Assembly (NCBI GenBank): GCA_038255675.1
Contig: JBBSLB010000002.1
Location: 1-34,976 of the forward strand
Direction: 5' to 3'
From: Mycobacteriales bacterium
GTDB taxonomy: Bacteria; Actinomycetota; Actinomycetes; Mycobacteriales; SCTD01
DNA: 34,976 bases
Part shown: one piece after another, positions 1 through 11,050 of the stretch
How positions within the stretch are numbered: position 1 is the stretch's first letter
Layout: the number at the start of each line of letters is the position of its first letter
The notes under the pieces: model-generated
The model's input: the letters and a program-made list of their open reading frames with translations, nothing else
The model's database searches: none
Told to the model about the DNA's origin: nothing
Translations under genes and position numbers: made by a program

Positions 1-1
1 C

Positions 2-235
2 GACGCCTCGCCGTACTTCCGTGTCTTCAACCCGGTCAAGCAGGGCCGCGACCACGACCCGGACGGCGACTACATCCGCCGGTGGGTGCCCGAGCTGCGC
101 GGCGTGCCGGGCAAGGCCGTGCACGAGCCGTGGCTGCTGCGCGGCGGGCCGCCAGAGGGCTATCCGCCGCCGGTGGTCGACCACGCCGAGGAGCGGGTCG
201 AGGCGCTGCGCCGCTACGCCACCGCCCGGGCCTGA
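2..235 (+). CDS. Deoxyribodipyrimidine photolyase/cryptochrome family, C-terminal fragment (5' end lies outside the window)
   Basis: Frame 2 reads DASPYFRVFNPVKQGRDHDPDGDYIRRWVPELRGVPGKAVHEPWLL...PPPVVDHAEERVEALRRY and ends at TGA 233-235. This is the conserved FAD-binding C-terminal signature of class I photolyases. It is absent from the ORF track because it has no start codon in the window. Confidence 0.85.
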   Translation, partial: DASPYFRVFNPVKQGRDHDPDGDYIRRWVPELRGVPGKAVHEPWLLRGGPPEGYPPPVVDHAEERVEALRRYATARA

Positions 236-238
236 CCC

Positions 239-2203
239 TCAGCACAGGGCATTGACGTCGAAGACGGAGTCGGGGTTGGTGGCCGGCTGCACCTGTGCCA
301 GCACCACCGGACCCCCGGTGAAGGAGTGCTCGGGGCCGCAGATCGTGCGCGGGTCGGCGTCGGGCGAGCGGAACACCCAGTTCTGCATCGCGAGCAGTCG
401 CCACGGCCCGACGATCGCCCGCCAGTCGTTGTTGGGGTCCGCGACGGTGCCGCGGTCGGAGTAGGTGCCGATCCGATGGCCGGCTCGGCGCAGGCCGTCG
501 ACCACGCCCTGGAGCACGGCGCGGTTGACGGCCACGGCGTTCGGGTTCGGCTGCGCGAGCGGGTCAGTGGTCTGCTCCTGCTGCCAGAACGGCCCGTTGG
601 CGTACGGCCCCTCGACGTCCATCCAGACCATCGGCTTGCCGCCGTGTCGGGCGACCGTCGGCATCCGGGCCAGGGCGTAGGCCGCGATCCGCTCGCCGTA
701 GGCCAGTCCGCAGCTGCTGGTCGCCGTGCCGGTGCCACACAGCTGCGCCCAGACCCGGTTGCCCTCGGCGCTCAGGTCGCGCACGCCGGGGGCGTTCATG
801 TTGAGGTAGACCATCGGCTCACCGGGCAGCGTCTGCGCCCAGGACCATTCGCGGGCGAAGCACTCGTTGTCGGTGAACGGCACCCGGCGGGTCAGCCCGA
901 TGACGGCGAAGGCGCCGCCGGCCGGCTGGTTGAAGCTGCCGTCCGCGCGGCACTGCGGCCAGCTGATGTCCCAGCCGTCGCCGGCAGGGCTGAACCAGCC
1001 GGCCAGGTCGACGACCAGGTGGGTGCTGCCGGCGGCGTTGCGCAGCAGCACCTGGCCGTCGGCGCCGACCTGCGCGACGACCGCGTTGGCCAGCGTCTGG
1101 CCGGCGACGACGTTGAGGTTGCTCGCCCGCGGCACCGTCCCACCAGCGACCTTGGGATAGACGCGGACGTTGGTCGCGCTGGTGGCGCCGGTCGAGGTCA
1201 CGTTCAGCACCACGTTCGTGCCGGGCGCAGGCACGACGCCGGCCCCAGCGACGGTCAGCGCCCGCGCCTCGCCCGCCCCGACCGGTCCGCCGGTGCTGCG
1301 GGTGTCCAGCAGCCGTTGCGGCGCGACCGGGCGGAAGACGCTCTGCAGCACGTCGCCGCTCGGGCTCGGGACGTACCAGCCGGACAGGTCGACGACGGCG
1401 TGCACGCTGCCCGCAGCGCTGCGGAGCGACACGGTGTCGTCAGCGCCCACCGCGACGACGACGGCCGCGGGGGTCTCCCGCCCCGGCGCCGGGTTGAGGT
1501 TGCTGACCGTCGGCGGTGCGCCGGCCCGGGTCGGCCAGACGCGCACGTCGGTCTGCTGCGTCGCCCCGACCGCGGTCACGTTGAGGACCACCGCCGAGGC
1601 ACCCGCGGGGGCGCCCAGCTCGGTGCCGCGCACGCGCAGGGTGCGGACCTCGCCGGCGGCCAGCGGCGCGGACGCGTCGCGGGTGTCGAGCAGCCGCCGC
1701 GGCGACGTCCCCTGGTAGGACGACCCGCTCCCGCCGACGGCGTAGTAGCCGGACAGGTCGGCCAGCAGGTGCACCGACCCGGCGGCGTTCCGTAGCCGGA
1801 CCTCGCCGGCGGCACCGACCGCCACGTGCACGAGGTTGGCGACCGTCGCACCCGGGCCGAGGTTGAGGCTGCTCACCGTCGGGACCGCGCTGCCAGAGGT
1901 CGGCCGCGGGTAGGCGCGCACATCGGTCGGCCGGCTCGCCGCCGTCGCCGTCACGTTGAGCACGACGGCGGTGGCGTCCGCCGGGACACCGGCGCGCCCG
2001 ACCACCACCACGTCGACGAAGCCGCCCGGCCCGACCGGCGTCGCGGTCGTCCGGGTGTCCAGCAGCCGGGCCGGCTCGAGCGGGACGTACGTCGCCTGGC
2101 CCGCCTTCGCCACGGCCGCGACGGCGGGGGTGGCGGTCACCGCCGGCACCCCGGCGACGGCGAGCAGCAGGGCGACGAGCAGGGCCGGGCGGCGGGTCTT
2201 CAC
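239..2203 (-). CDS. Secreted protein with three ~115-aa tandem repeat domains and a C-terminal GH25/DUF1906 (Rv2525c)-like glycoside-hydrolase-like domain
   Basis: 654-aa ORF. The N-terminus MKTRRPALLVALLLAVAGVPAVTATPAVA looks like a signal peptide. Three internal repeats share LLDTR..VLNVT(A/S)...TDVR(V/A)(Y/W)P...SNLN...LR(N/S)AAGS(V/T)H..(A/V)DL(S/A)G(Y/W)(Y/F). The C-terminal block begins GWDISWPQC, as in GH25/DUF1906-type domains. GC3 is high throughout. Confidence 0.8.
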   Translation of the reverse strand: MKTRRPALLVALLLAVAGVPAVTATPAVAAVAKAGQATYVPLEPARLLDTRTTATPVGPGGFVDVVVVGRAGVPADATAVVLNVTATAASRPTDVRAYPRPTSGSAVPTVSSLNLGPGATVANLVHVAVGAAGEVRLRNAAGSVHLLADLSGYYAVGGSGSSYQGTSPRRLLDTRDASAPLAAGEVRTLRVRGTELGAPAGASAVVLNVTAVGATQQTDVRVWPTRAGAPPTVSNLNPAPGRETPAAVVVAVGADDTVSLRSAAGSVHAVVDLSGWYVPSPSGDVLQSVFRPVAPQRLLDTRSTGGPVGAGEARALTVAGAGVVPAPGTNVVLNVTSTGATSATNVRVYPKVAGGTVPRASNLNVVAGQTLANAVVAQVGADGQVLLRNAAGSTHLVVDLAGWFSPAGDGWDISWPQCRADGSFNQPAGGAFAVIGLTRRVPFTDNECFAREWSWAQTLPGEPMVYLNMNAPGVRDLSAEGNRVWAQLCGTGTATSSCGLAYGERIAAYALARMPTVARHGGKPMVWMDVEGPYANGPFWQQEQTTDPLAQPNPNAVAVNRAVLQGVVDGLRRAGHRIGTYSDRGTVADPNNDWRAIVGPWRLLAMQNWVFRSPDADPRTICGPEHSFTGGPVVLAQVQPATNPDSVFDVNALC

Positions 2204-2241
2204 CAGCCGAAACTACTGCGGACCGGGCCTTTCCGACAGGG

Positions 2242-3243
2242 TCAGGCCTTGAGCACGAGCTTGCCGGTGTTCTCCCCGGCGAAGAGCTTCAGCAGCGCCT
2301 CGGGGAAGGCGCGTACCCCGCCTTCGACGACCGTCTCGCGAGACTGCAGGGTGCCCTCGCCGAGCCAGCCGGCCATCTCCTTGAGCGCCTGGCCGTAGCG
2401 GTCGGCGTAGTCGAAGACGACGAAGCCCTCCATGCGGGCGCGGTTGACCAGCAGCGACATGTAGTTCGACGGGCCCGTCATGCCACCGTCGGCGTTGTAC
2501 TGGCTGATCGCGCCGCAGAGCACGACCCGGCCGTGCATCGCCATGCCGGGCAGCACCGTGTCGAGCACCTCGCCGCCGACGTTGTCGAAGTAGACGTCGA
2601 CGCGGTCCGGGGCCTCGCGGCGCAGACCGGCCTTGAGATCGCCCGCCTTGTAGTCCAGGCAGGCGTCGAAGCCGAGCTCCTCCACGACCATCCGGCACTT
2701 GTCCTCGCCGCCGGCGATGCCGACGACCCGGCAGCCCTTGATCTTGGCGATCTGCCCGACGACCGAACCGGTCGCGCCGGCGGCGCCGGAGACCACGACG
2801 GTCTCGCCCGCCTTGGGCTGCCCCACCTCGAGCAGGCCGAAGTACGCCGTCAGTCCGGTCATGCCGAGGGTGCCCAGGTAGGTCGGCAGCGGCGCGGCGT
2901 CGGCCGACACGACCTGCACGCCCTTGCCGTCGCTGACGGCGTACTCCTGCACCCCCGTCATCGCGACGACGTGCGCACCCTCGGCGAAGCGCTCGTTGCG
3001 GCTGGCGACGACCTCGCCGACGACACCGGCGCGCATCACCTCGCCGATCTGGACGGGCGGGATGTAGGAGCGGCCCTCATTCATCCAGCCGCGCATGGCG
3101 GGGTCGAGCGAGACGTACTCGGTGCGCAGCAGGAACTGCCCTTCGCCGGGCTCGGGCACCGGCTCGGTGGTGATGTCCCAGACCTCGTCGGTCGGGAGCC
3201 CCGAGGGGCGGCGGGCCAGGCGCACCTGTGTGTTGTCGGTCAT
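2242..3243 (-). CDS. NADP-dependent oxidoreductase, MDR superfamily (YncB/CurA / alkenal-reductase-like)
   Basis: Translation from ATG 3243 reads MTDNTQVRLARRPSGLPTDEVWDI...VVVSGAAGATGSVVGQIAKIKGCRVVGIAGG...GKLVLKA, the typical YncB/leukotriene-B4-dehydrogenase-like layout with the AxxGxxG NADP motif. The track ORF extends to 3282, but the internal ATG gives the canonical N-terminus. Confidence 0.85.
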   Translation of the reverse strand: MTDNTQVRLARRPSGLPTDEVWDITTEPVPEPGEGQFLLRTEYVSLDPAMRGWMNEGRSYIPPVQIGEVMRAGVVGEVVASRNERFAEGAHVVAMTGVQEYAVSDGKGVQVVSADAAPLPTYLGTLGMTGLTAYFGLLEVGQPKAGETVVVSGAAGATGSVVGQIAKIKGCRVVGIAGGEDKCRMVVEELGFDACLDYKAGDLKAGLRREAPDRVDVYFDNVGGEVLDTVLPGMAMHGRVVLCGAISQYNADGGMTGPSNYMSLLVNRARMEGFVVFDYADRYGQALKEMAGWLGEGTLQSRETVVEGGVRAFPEALLKLFAGENTGKLVLKA

Positions 3244-3340
3244 GACCTCGACCCTGCCACCTGCCCCGGCGGCGCTTCTCACCGGGCGGGTTCGTCCTGG
3301 ATCGTGGGCCGTTCCCGGCTGACCGCCTTACGCTCCGCGC

Positions 3341-4348
3341 GTGCAGGAGCGGCCGCTGGTCACCATCAGCAACCCGGCCGACCCGCGGCGGCCGGCCGAC
3401 GTCCTCGACGCCGACGACCCCGCGCCTGGGAACCCGAAGCGGCTGGTCGTCGTGGTCGGCGTCGTCCTCGCCCTGCTGGCCGGCGTCTCGGGCGTCGACG
3501 AGCTGCGCGAGCGGCGTGCCGCCGACGCGGAGGAACGTCGGCTGCAAGCAGTCCTCCAGGTCCAGCTGACCGACCGGTTCGGCCTTCTGCAGGCCACTGA
3601 CTTCGACGGCCGCACGCAGGAGGCGGTCCTGTCCCGGGCCCTCGGGCTCCGCAACAGCGGTCCCCGCCCGGTGGTGGTGGCGTCGGCCGCGGTCGACGGC
3701 CTGCGCCTGGTGGGCGGCCCGGTCGAGATCGCCCCCGGTCAGGAGGAGCGGCTGCTCCTCCAGCAGCGGCTGCCCTGCTCGCCGGAGCCGGGCTCCGCCA
3801 GCACCGGCCTTGCCGTGCTGTTCGGCATCCGCACCGGCGCCGGGATGCAGGAGCTCGAGCGGCTCCTCGACGAGGAGCTGACTGCGTACGGAGAGGACGC
3901 GCGGCGGGCCTGCGGCCTCGTGCCCCCGGGCGAGGCCGTCCAGCTGTTCTCCGAGCCGGGCGGGCCTCCGGTCGACGGCGTGCTCGACGTCCCGCTGAGC
4001 ATCGCGAACTTCGGCGCCCGCACGACCCAGCTGCTGGACCTGCAGGCGGGGAACGGGCTCACCGCGGAGCTCCTCGACGACACCGGGGGCCGCGTGTCCC
4101 TCCCCCTGGAGATCGGGCCCCGCCTGCCCGACGGCAGCACGGTCCAGCGGCCCTTCCGGCTACGGCTACGGGTGGTCGACTGCGCCCGCGTCGACGCCTC
4201 CGACACCCAGTCCTATGAGTTCGGCAGCGCCTTCACGCTGTCGTACGTCGTGGCCGACGACACGGAGCCGGAGGGGGCCGGGACGACGACGACCGTCCTG
4301 TACGACGCCGAGCCGGTGCGGGACCTTGTGGCGGACGCCTGTCCCTGA
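3341..4348 (+). CDS. Hypothetical single-pass membrane protein (paralog A; four conserved Cys)
   Basis: 335-aa ORF with a GTG start. It has one hydrophobic helix (LVVVVGVVLALLAGVSGV) followed by ELRERRAADAEERRL. It shares collinear motifs with the ORF at 5097-6044: ARRACGLVP, NGLTAxLL, (R/E)VxDCAxV and a C-terminal AC. Confidence 0.7.
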   Translation: MQERPLVTISNPADPRRPADVLDADDPAPGNPKRLVVVVGVVLALLAGVSGVDELRERRAADAEERRLQAVLQVQLTDRFGLLQATDFDGRTQEAVLSRALGLRNSGPRPVVVASAAVDGLRLVGGPVEIAPGQEERLLLQQRLPCSPEPGSASTGLAVLFGIRTGAGMQELERLLDEELTAYGEDARRACGLVPPGEAVQLFSEPGGPPVDGVLDVPLSIANFGARTTQLLDLQAGNGLTAELLDDTGGRVSLPLEIGPRLPDGSTVQRPFRLRLRVVDCARVDASDTQSYEFGSAFTLSYVVADDTEPEGAGTTTTVLYDAEPVRDLVADACP

Positions 4349-4379
4349 CCGGCGAGCGACCCGTGCTCGACTGGGAGAC

Positions 4380-5048
4380 ATGCGGATCGCGGCGCGCTTC
4401 AACGGACCCGTCGGCTCCGGCAACGGCGGCATCACCGCCGGCCGGCTGGCGGCCTACGTCGGCGCCGAGGTGGTCGAGGTGACGCTGCGACGCCCGCCGC
4501 CGCTCGACCGCGACCTGCGGGTCGACGCCTCCGGCGGCACCGCCCGGCTGTACGACGGTGGCCTTCTGGTGGCCGAGGCCGTCCCGTCGGCAGGACCGCT
4601 CGACGCGGGCCCCGCCGTCGACGTGGTGACGGCGCGCACGGCCGAGGCGTCGTTCGGCGGGCTCACCGACCACCCGTACCCGACCTGCTTCGCCTGCGGC
4701 ACCGAGCGCACCGACGGCCTCGGCCTGCGGCCCGGGCCGGTGGGCGACGGCGTCGTGGCGGGTGTGTGGGCGCCGGCTTCGGACGACCTCGTGCTGCTGT
4801 GGGCGGCGCTGGACTGCCCCGGCGGGTGGTCCTGGCCGGACCTGCCGAGCCGGCCGCTGGTCCTCGGCCGCATCGCGCTGCGGCGGCTGGGCCCGGTCGT
4901 CAGCGGACAGCCGCACGTCGTGACCGGCTGGACGACCGGCCAGGAGGGCCGCAAGGTGCACACCGGCACCGCACTGCGCAGCGCCGACGGCGAGCTGCTC
5001 GCCGTGGCGCGGGCGACCTGGCTGACCGTCGCGCCCGCCCCGGCCTGA
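4380..5048 (+). CDS. Hotdog-fold (PaaI-like thioesterase-like) protein
   Basis: ATG 4380 is preceded by GGGAGA. The product reads MRIAARFNGPVGSGNGGITAGRLA...HPYPTCFACGTERTDGLGL...GRKVHTGTALRSADGELLAVARATWL. The CFxCG and C-terminal beta-strand pattern are typical of PaaI/hotdog proteins. The track ORF start at 4215 overlaps the previous gene and was not used. Confidence 0.6.
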   Translation: MRIAARFNGPVGSGNGGITAGRLAAYVGAEVVEVTLRRPPPLDRDLRVDASGGTARLYDGGLLVAEAVPSAGPLDAGPAVDVVTARTAEASFGGLTDHPYPTCFACGTERTDGLGLRPGPVGDGVVAGVWAPASDDLVLLWAALDCPGGWSWPDLPSRPLVLGRIALRRLGPVVSGQPHVVTGWTTGQEGRKVHTGTALRSADGELLAVARATWLTVAPAPA

Positions 5049-5096
5049 GACTTCTGCGAAACACGTGACGGCGACCCCCGACGCTCCTACGGTCGG

Positions 5097-6044
5097 GTGG
5101 TGGACCGCCCGCCGGTGACGATCAGCGCTCCGGCGCGGCCCGGCGCGGAGCCGGACCTGCTCGTCGGCGGCGAGGACGCCGGGCTGGGCCCGGCCGGCCG
5201 GCGTCGGCTCAGGATCCTGGCTGCCGTCGCCGCCGGCGCCGTGCTCGGCTTGATGGTCACCGGCGAGGTGCGCGAGCGGCAGGCTGCCGACGCCGAGGAG
5301 CGGCGGCTGGCAGCGGCGCTCGACCTGACGGTCGAGCCGACCCACGCCGTCGAGCAGTGGGCGCGCTACGACGAGGCAGGACAGACCGCCGAGCTGGACA
5401 TCTCGGTGCACGTGCGCAACGACGGGCCGAGGGCTGTGCTGCTGCTGGCGGCCGCGCTGGGCCCGTGGGCCCTGCCGGACAAGGTGCCGGTGCCCGCAGG
5501 AGAGGTCGGCGAGCTGGTGCTGCAGCGCAGCGTGTCCTGCACGGCGGCGGCCCCCGAGGAGGTGGCCGTCAGCGGGCTGCAGGTGCAGGCCCGCACCGAC
5601 GCGGGCCTCCGCAGCACCACGCTGCCGGTGGACCTCCTGCTCCCGGCCGACGCGGCCCGCCGCGCCTGCGGGCTGGTGCCGTTCGAGGACGCCGTCACCG
5701 TCCGCTTCGCGAACCGACAGGAGCGCGACGAGGCCTACGAGGTCGAGCTGGAGGTGCGGACCGCCACCCGCCGGGCAATGCGGCTCGACGAGCTGCTTGC
5801 CGCCAACGGCCTCACGGCGGTGCTGCTGGGCCCCGGTGGCGAGCCCGGGCCGCCGCTGCCGTGGCCGATGGAGCCGCACTCCACGCTGCAGGTACGGCTG
5901 GAGGTCACGGACTGCGCGGCGGTGGCCGGTGCCATGGAGCAACCGCTGCTGCACCTGCTGCTGCACGACGAGGCTGGCACCGCCGCCACCTCTGCCCTGC
6001 CGGCCGACGACGTGCGGAGCGCGCTGCTCGACCGGGCCTGCTGA
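5097..6044 (+). CDS. Hypothetical single-pass membrane protein (paralog B of 3341-4348)
   Basis: 315-aa ORF reading MVDRPPVTISAPARPG... with TM helix ILAAVAAGAVLGLMV followed by EVRERQAADAEERRL, ARRACGLVPFEDAV, NGLTAVLL, VTDCAAV and C-terminal DRAC. It is collinear with paralog A. Confidence 0.7.
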   Translation: MVDRPPVTISAPARPGAEPDLLVGGEDAGLGPAGRRRLRILAAVAAGAVLGLMVTGEVRERQAADAEERRLAAALDLTVEPTHAVEQWARYDEAGQTAELDISVHVRNDGPRAVLLLAAALGPWALPDKVPVPAGEVGELVLQRSVSCTAAAPEEVAVSGLQVQARTDAGLRSTTLPVDLLLPADAARRACGLVPFEDAVTVRFANRQERDEAYEVELEVRTATRRAMRLDELLAANGLTAVLLGPGGEPGPPLPWPMEPHSTLQVRLEVTDCAAVAGAMEQPLLHLLLHDEAGTAATSALPADDVRSALLDRAC

Positions 6045-6068
6045 CACGCCGCCGACCCCGACGGAGCG

Positions 6069-6169
6069 CGCACGCAGCTGCACCCGGTTGCGACCAGGTG
6101 CGGGCGGCGCGAGCGCGAGCGGTCACACAGGGATCGGTGCGCGAGGCCAGGTGGGTGCAGCTGCGTGCG
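6069..6169. repeat. Perfect 17-bp inverted repeat (CGCACGCAGCTGCACCC / GGGTGCAGCTGCGTGCG) with a 67-nt spacer, in a convergent intergenic region
   Basis: Arms at 6069-6085 and 6153-6169 are exact reverse complements. Each arm contains the palindrome GCAGCTGC. The element lies between the stop of 5097-6044 (+) and the stop of 6205-7509 (-). Confidence 0.8.
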
Positions 6170-6204
6170 GCACCCGGCCGAGAACGCCGGCGGCAGTGCG
6201 CCGG

Positions 6205-7509
6205 TCAGCGTCCGGGTGGGCCGGCAAGCTGCCCCGGCTGAGGCTCGCGCGCGTCGTAGGCCCGGAACCGGGTGGCCCCCGCGGCAACCGCCGCCGTGAC
6301 GCCGACGACGAGCAGCCCGCCGGCGACCGACGCGCCCTGCAGCCCGACCAGCTCGGCGCCCGCCCCGGCCCGCGCGTCGCCGAGCCGCGGGCCGCCGGCG
6401 ACCACGACGATGAAGACGCCGCCGAGCCGGCCGCGCATCTCGTCGGGCGCCGCGGCTTGCAGGATCGCGGTGCGGAAGACCGCCGACACCATGTCGGCCA
6501 GCCCCGCCGCGGCCAGGCAGAGGACCGCCAGCCACAACACGTCGGCCAGCCCGAAGAGCGTGATCGACGCGCCCCACACGACGATCGCGGCGAGCACCGC
6601 GACGCCGTGCCGGTGCACCCGGCCGAGCCAGCCGGAGAACAGCGCACCGAGCAACGCACCGACCGCCAGCGAGGAGTAGAGGATCCCGGCCGTCTGCTCG
6701 CCGCCGCCGTAGACGTCCTGCGCCAGGGCGGGGAACAGCGCCCGCGGCATCGCGAAGACCATCGCCACGAGGTCGACGACGAACGTCATGAGCAGCACCT
6801 GCCGGCTGCGCAGGAACGACAGGCCCTCCAGCACGCTGGCCGTCCCGGCCCGCCGACCACCGCCCTCCGGGGGCATGGCCGGCAGCCCGGAGACCGCGAG
6901 CAGCGCCGCACCGAAGGTCACCGCGTCCAGGGCGTACGCCGCGCCATAGCCGACCTGGGCAACCAGCACGCCGGCCAGCAGCGGGCCGACCGTCACGGCC
7001 AGGTTGAACTCCACCTGCTTGAGCGCGTTCGCCGCAGGCAGCAGCTCCTTGCTCAGCAGCCGCGGGACGAACGCCTGTCGGGCAGGTGAGTCGATCGCGA
7101 AGATGCCTGCCTGGCAAGCGATCACGACGTAGAGCAGCCAGGTCTGCTCGAGATCGAGCAGGGCCTGGCCGACCAGCACGAGCGCGAGCAGCAGCTGGCC
7201 GGAGGTCGTGAGCAGGACCAGCCGGCGTCGGTCGACCGCGTCGGCGATCGCCCCGCCGTACAGCCCGAAGAAGATGAGCGGCAGCAGGCCGGCGACGCCC
7301 ACCAGGCCGACCGCGATGACCGACCGCGTCTGGGCGTAGACCTGCAGCGGGACGGCGACGACCGTGACCTGCGTCCCCAGGACCGAGACGGCGTCGCCGA
7401 ACAGCAGCCGGCGATAGGGCCGGGACACCCGCAGCGGGGTGAGGTCCAGCGCGGCCCCGCGCAGCCGGGCCGCCAGCCCCTGGCGGGTCTGGGCGGTCGG
7501 GCGGGTCAC
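6205..7509 (-). CDS. MFS transporter (MFS_3 / EntS-like family)
   Basis: 434-aa ORF with many hydrophobic helices. The N-terminus ...LRVSRPYRRLLFGDAVSVLGTQVTVVAVPLQVY is typical of the EntS/DUF894-type MFS family. The GTG start at 7509 overlaps the pdxH stop (GTGA). Confidence 0.85.
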   Translation of the reverse strand: MTRPTAQTRQGLAARLRGAALDLTPLRVSRPYRRLLFGDAVSVLGTQVTVVAVPLQVYAQTRSVIAVGLVGVAGLLPLIFFGLYGGAIADAVDRRRLVLLTTSGQLLLALVLVGQALLDLEQTWLLYVVIACQAGIFAIDSPARQAFVPRLLSKELLPAANALKQVEFNLAVTVGPLLAGVLVAQVGYGAAYALDAVTFGAALLAVSGLPAMPPEGGGRRAGTASVLEGLSFLRSRQVLLMTFVVDLVAMVFAMPRALFPALAQDVYGGGEQTAGILYSSLAVGALLGALFSGWLGRVHRHGVAVLAAIVVWGASITLFGLADVLWLAVLCLAAAGLADMVSAVFRTAILQAAAPDEMRGRLGGVFIVVVAGGPRLGDARAGAGAELVGLQGASVAGGLLVVGVTAAVAAGATRFRAYDAREPQPGQLAGPPGR

Positions 7510-8147
7510 GGGGACAGCCGCTCCACCAACCAGGTCGTCCCGTCGAGCCGGTAGCGCAGCCGGTCGTGCAGGCGGCTGGGCCGGCCCTGCCAGAACTCGA
7601 CCGCGGCCGGGACGACGCGCAGTCCGCCCCAGAAGTCGGGGACCGGCACGTCCCGCCCCGCGAAGCGCTGCTCGAGCTCGGCCTGCCTGGCCTGAAGCAC
7701 CTCGCGGCCGGCCACGACCTGCGACTGGTGGGACACCCAGGCACCGATCTGCGAGCCGCGCGGCCGGGAGCTGAAGTAGGCATCGGTCTCGTCACGGTCG
7801 ATCTGCTCGACGGCGCCCTCAACCACGATCTGCCGCTCGAGCTCGACCCAGGAGAACAGCAGCGTGGCGCGCGGGTTCTCGCTCACCTCGCGGCCCTTGC
7901 GGGAGGTCAGGTTGGTGAAGACGACGAAGCCTCGGGCATCGCAGGCCTTGAGCAGGACCGTGCGGGCGCTCGGCGCGCCGGCCGACGACGCCGTGGCCAG
8001 CACGACCGCGTTGGGCTCGACCAGCCCCGATGCGTCGGCGAACCACCGGTCGAACTGCTCGGTCCAGGTCGGCGCGAGCTCGTCCTCGGCCAGTCCCGCA
8101 CGGCCGTAGTCCCTGCGCAGGTCGGCCAGGGCGCGGTCGGGGGTCAC
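7506..8147 (-). CDS. pdxH: Pyridoxamine 5'-phosphate oxidase
   Basis: 213 aa reading MTPDRALADLRRDYGRAGLAEDELAPTW...VLLK..D.RGFVFFTN..SRKG...NP.A.LLF.W..LERQ....G...FWQGRPSRLHDRLRYR....W..ERLSP. This is the canonical PdxH signature, including the C-terminal RLxP. Confidence 0.93.
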   Translation of the reverse strand: MTPDRALADLRRDYGRAGLAEDELAPTWTEQFDRWFADASGLVEPNAVVLATASSAGAPSARTVLLKACDARGFVVFTNLTSRKGREVSENPRATLLFSWVELERQIVVEGAVEQIDRDETDAYFSSRPRGSQIGAWVSHQSQVVAGREVLQARQAELEQRFAGRDVPVPDFWGGLRVVPAAVEFWQGRPSRLHDRLRYRLDGTTWLVERLSP

Positions 8148-8289
8148 GGCGCGAGGCTAGACGCGCTCCGGCGGCGCCGCCGGGGGCCGGATCGGGGCCG
8201 ACGGGGACGTCCGGCAGGATGGGCGCGGGCCTGACCGGTCCGGACCGCACGCCCCACCCCTGCCCGACCTGCAGACGAGGAGCCGCTCC

Positions 8290-10631
<2,342 letters not shown>

Positions 10632-10660
10632 CCGAGCCGCGCCCGCTGCCGCAGGCCTGG

Positions 10661-10882
10661 GTGCCGCGCGTCTTCAACGTCGCGCTGGCCGTCCTGCTGC
10701 TGCTTCTCGTCGCCCCCGTCGTGACCAACTTCGAGGGCAAGCCGTGGTACGTCCAGGCGTTCTTCGTGTTCTTCGCCGTGCCGGTGTTCCTGCTCGTCGC
10801 GGCCTGCCTGGCCTCCGCCGCGCGTCCCGGCTCGCTCGGCCGGGCCGTCCGCCGCCGGCGCAGGGCCCGCAAGCGCGGCTGA
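10661..10882 (+). CDS. Small two-helix membrane protein (hypothetical)
   Basis: 73 aa with a GTG start. It has two hydrophobic helices (ALAVLLLLLVAPVV and FFVFFAVPVFLLVAACLA) and a basic tail RRRRRARKRG. GC3 is high. Confidence 0.5.
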   Translation: MPRVFNVALAVLLLLLVAPVVTNFEGKPWYVQAFFVFFAVPVFLLVAACLASAARPGSLGRAVRRRRRARKRG

Positions 10883-10938
10883 CCCGCCGCGGGGGCTGAC
10901 CCGGCACACGCTGCCGGCCCGGCTCGCCGTCACCGGAC

Positions 10939-10979
10939 GTGGCGATCACGAGGGGGTCCTGAGCGGGCGAGATCGCCAC
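10939..10979. repeat. 9-bp inverted repeat GTGGCGATC / GATCGCCAC with a 23-nt loop (possible terminator or operator)
   Basis: Arms at 10939-10947 and 10971-10979 are exact reverse complements. The element is intergenic, downstream of 10661-10882 and upstream of the DeoR gene. Confidence 0.4.
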
Positions 10980-11050
10980 ATCCCGGGCCGGCTGCGGCCC
11001 CGTACGGGCCTGCTTACCGGCCGCCTCCTTAACGGGCCGTGACGAAGTGA

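Noticed and set aside
4233-7822. Very long minus-strand ORFs (4233-6083, 616 aa; 5735-7822, 695 aa) and the plus-strand ORFs 5357-6241 and 5797-7089.
   Set aside because: Their translations are Arg/Ala/Gly/Pro-rich low-complexity sequence typical of off-frame or antisense reading of high-G+C genes. They overlap better-supported genes (paralog B, MFS, pdxH) that have recognisable motifs and GC3 bias.
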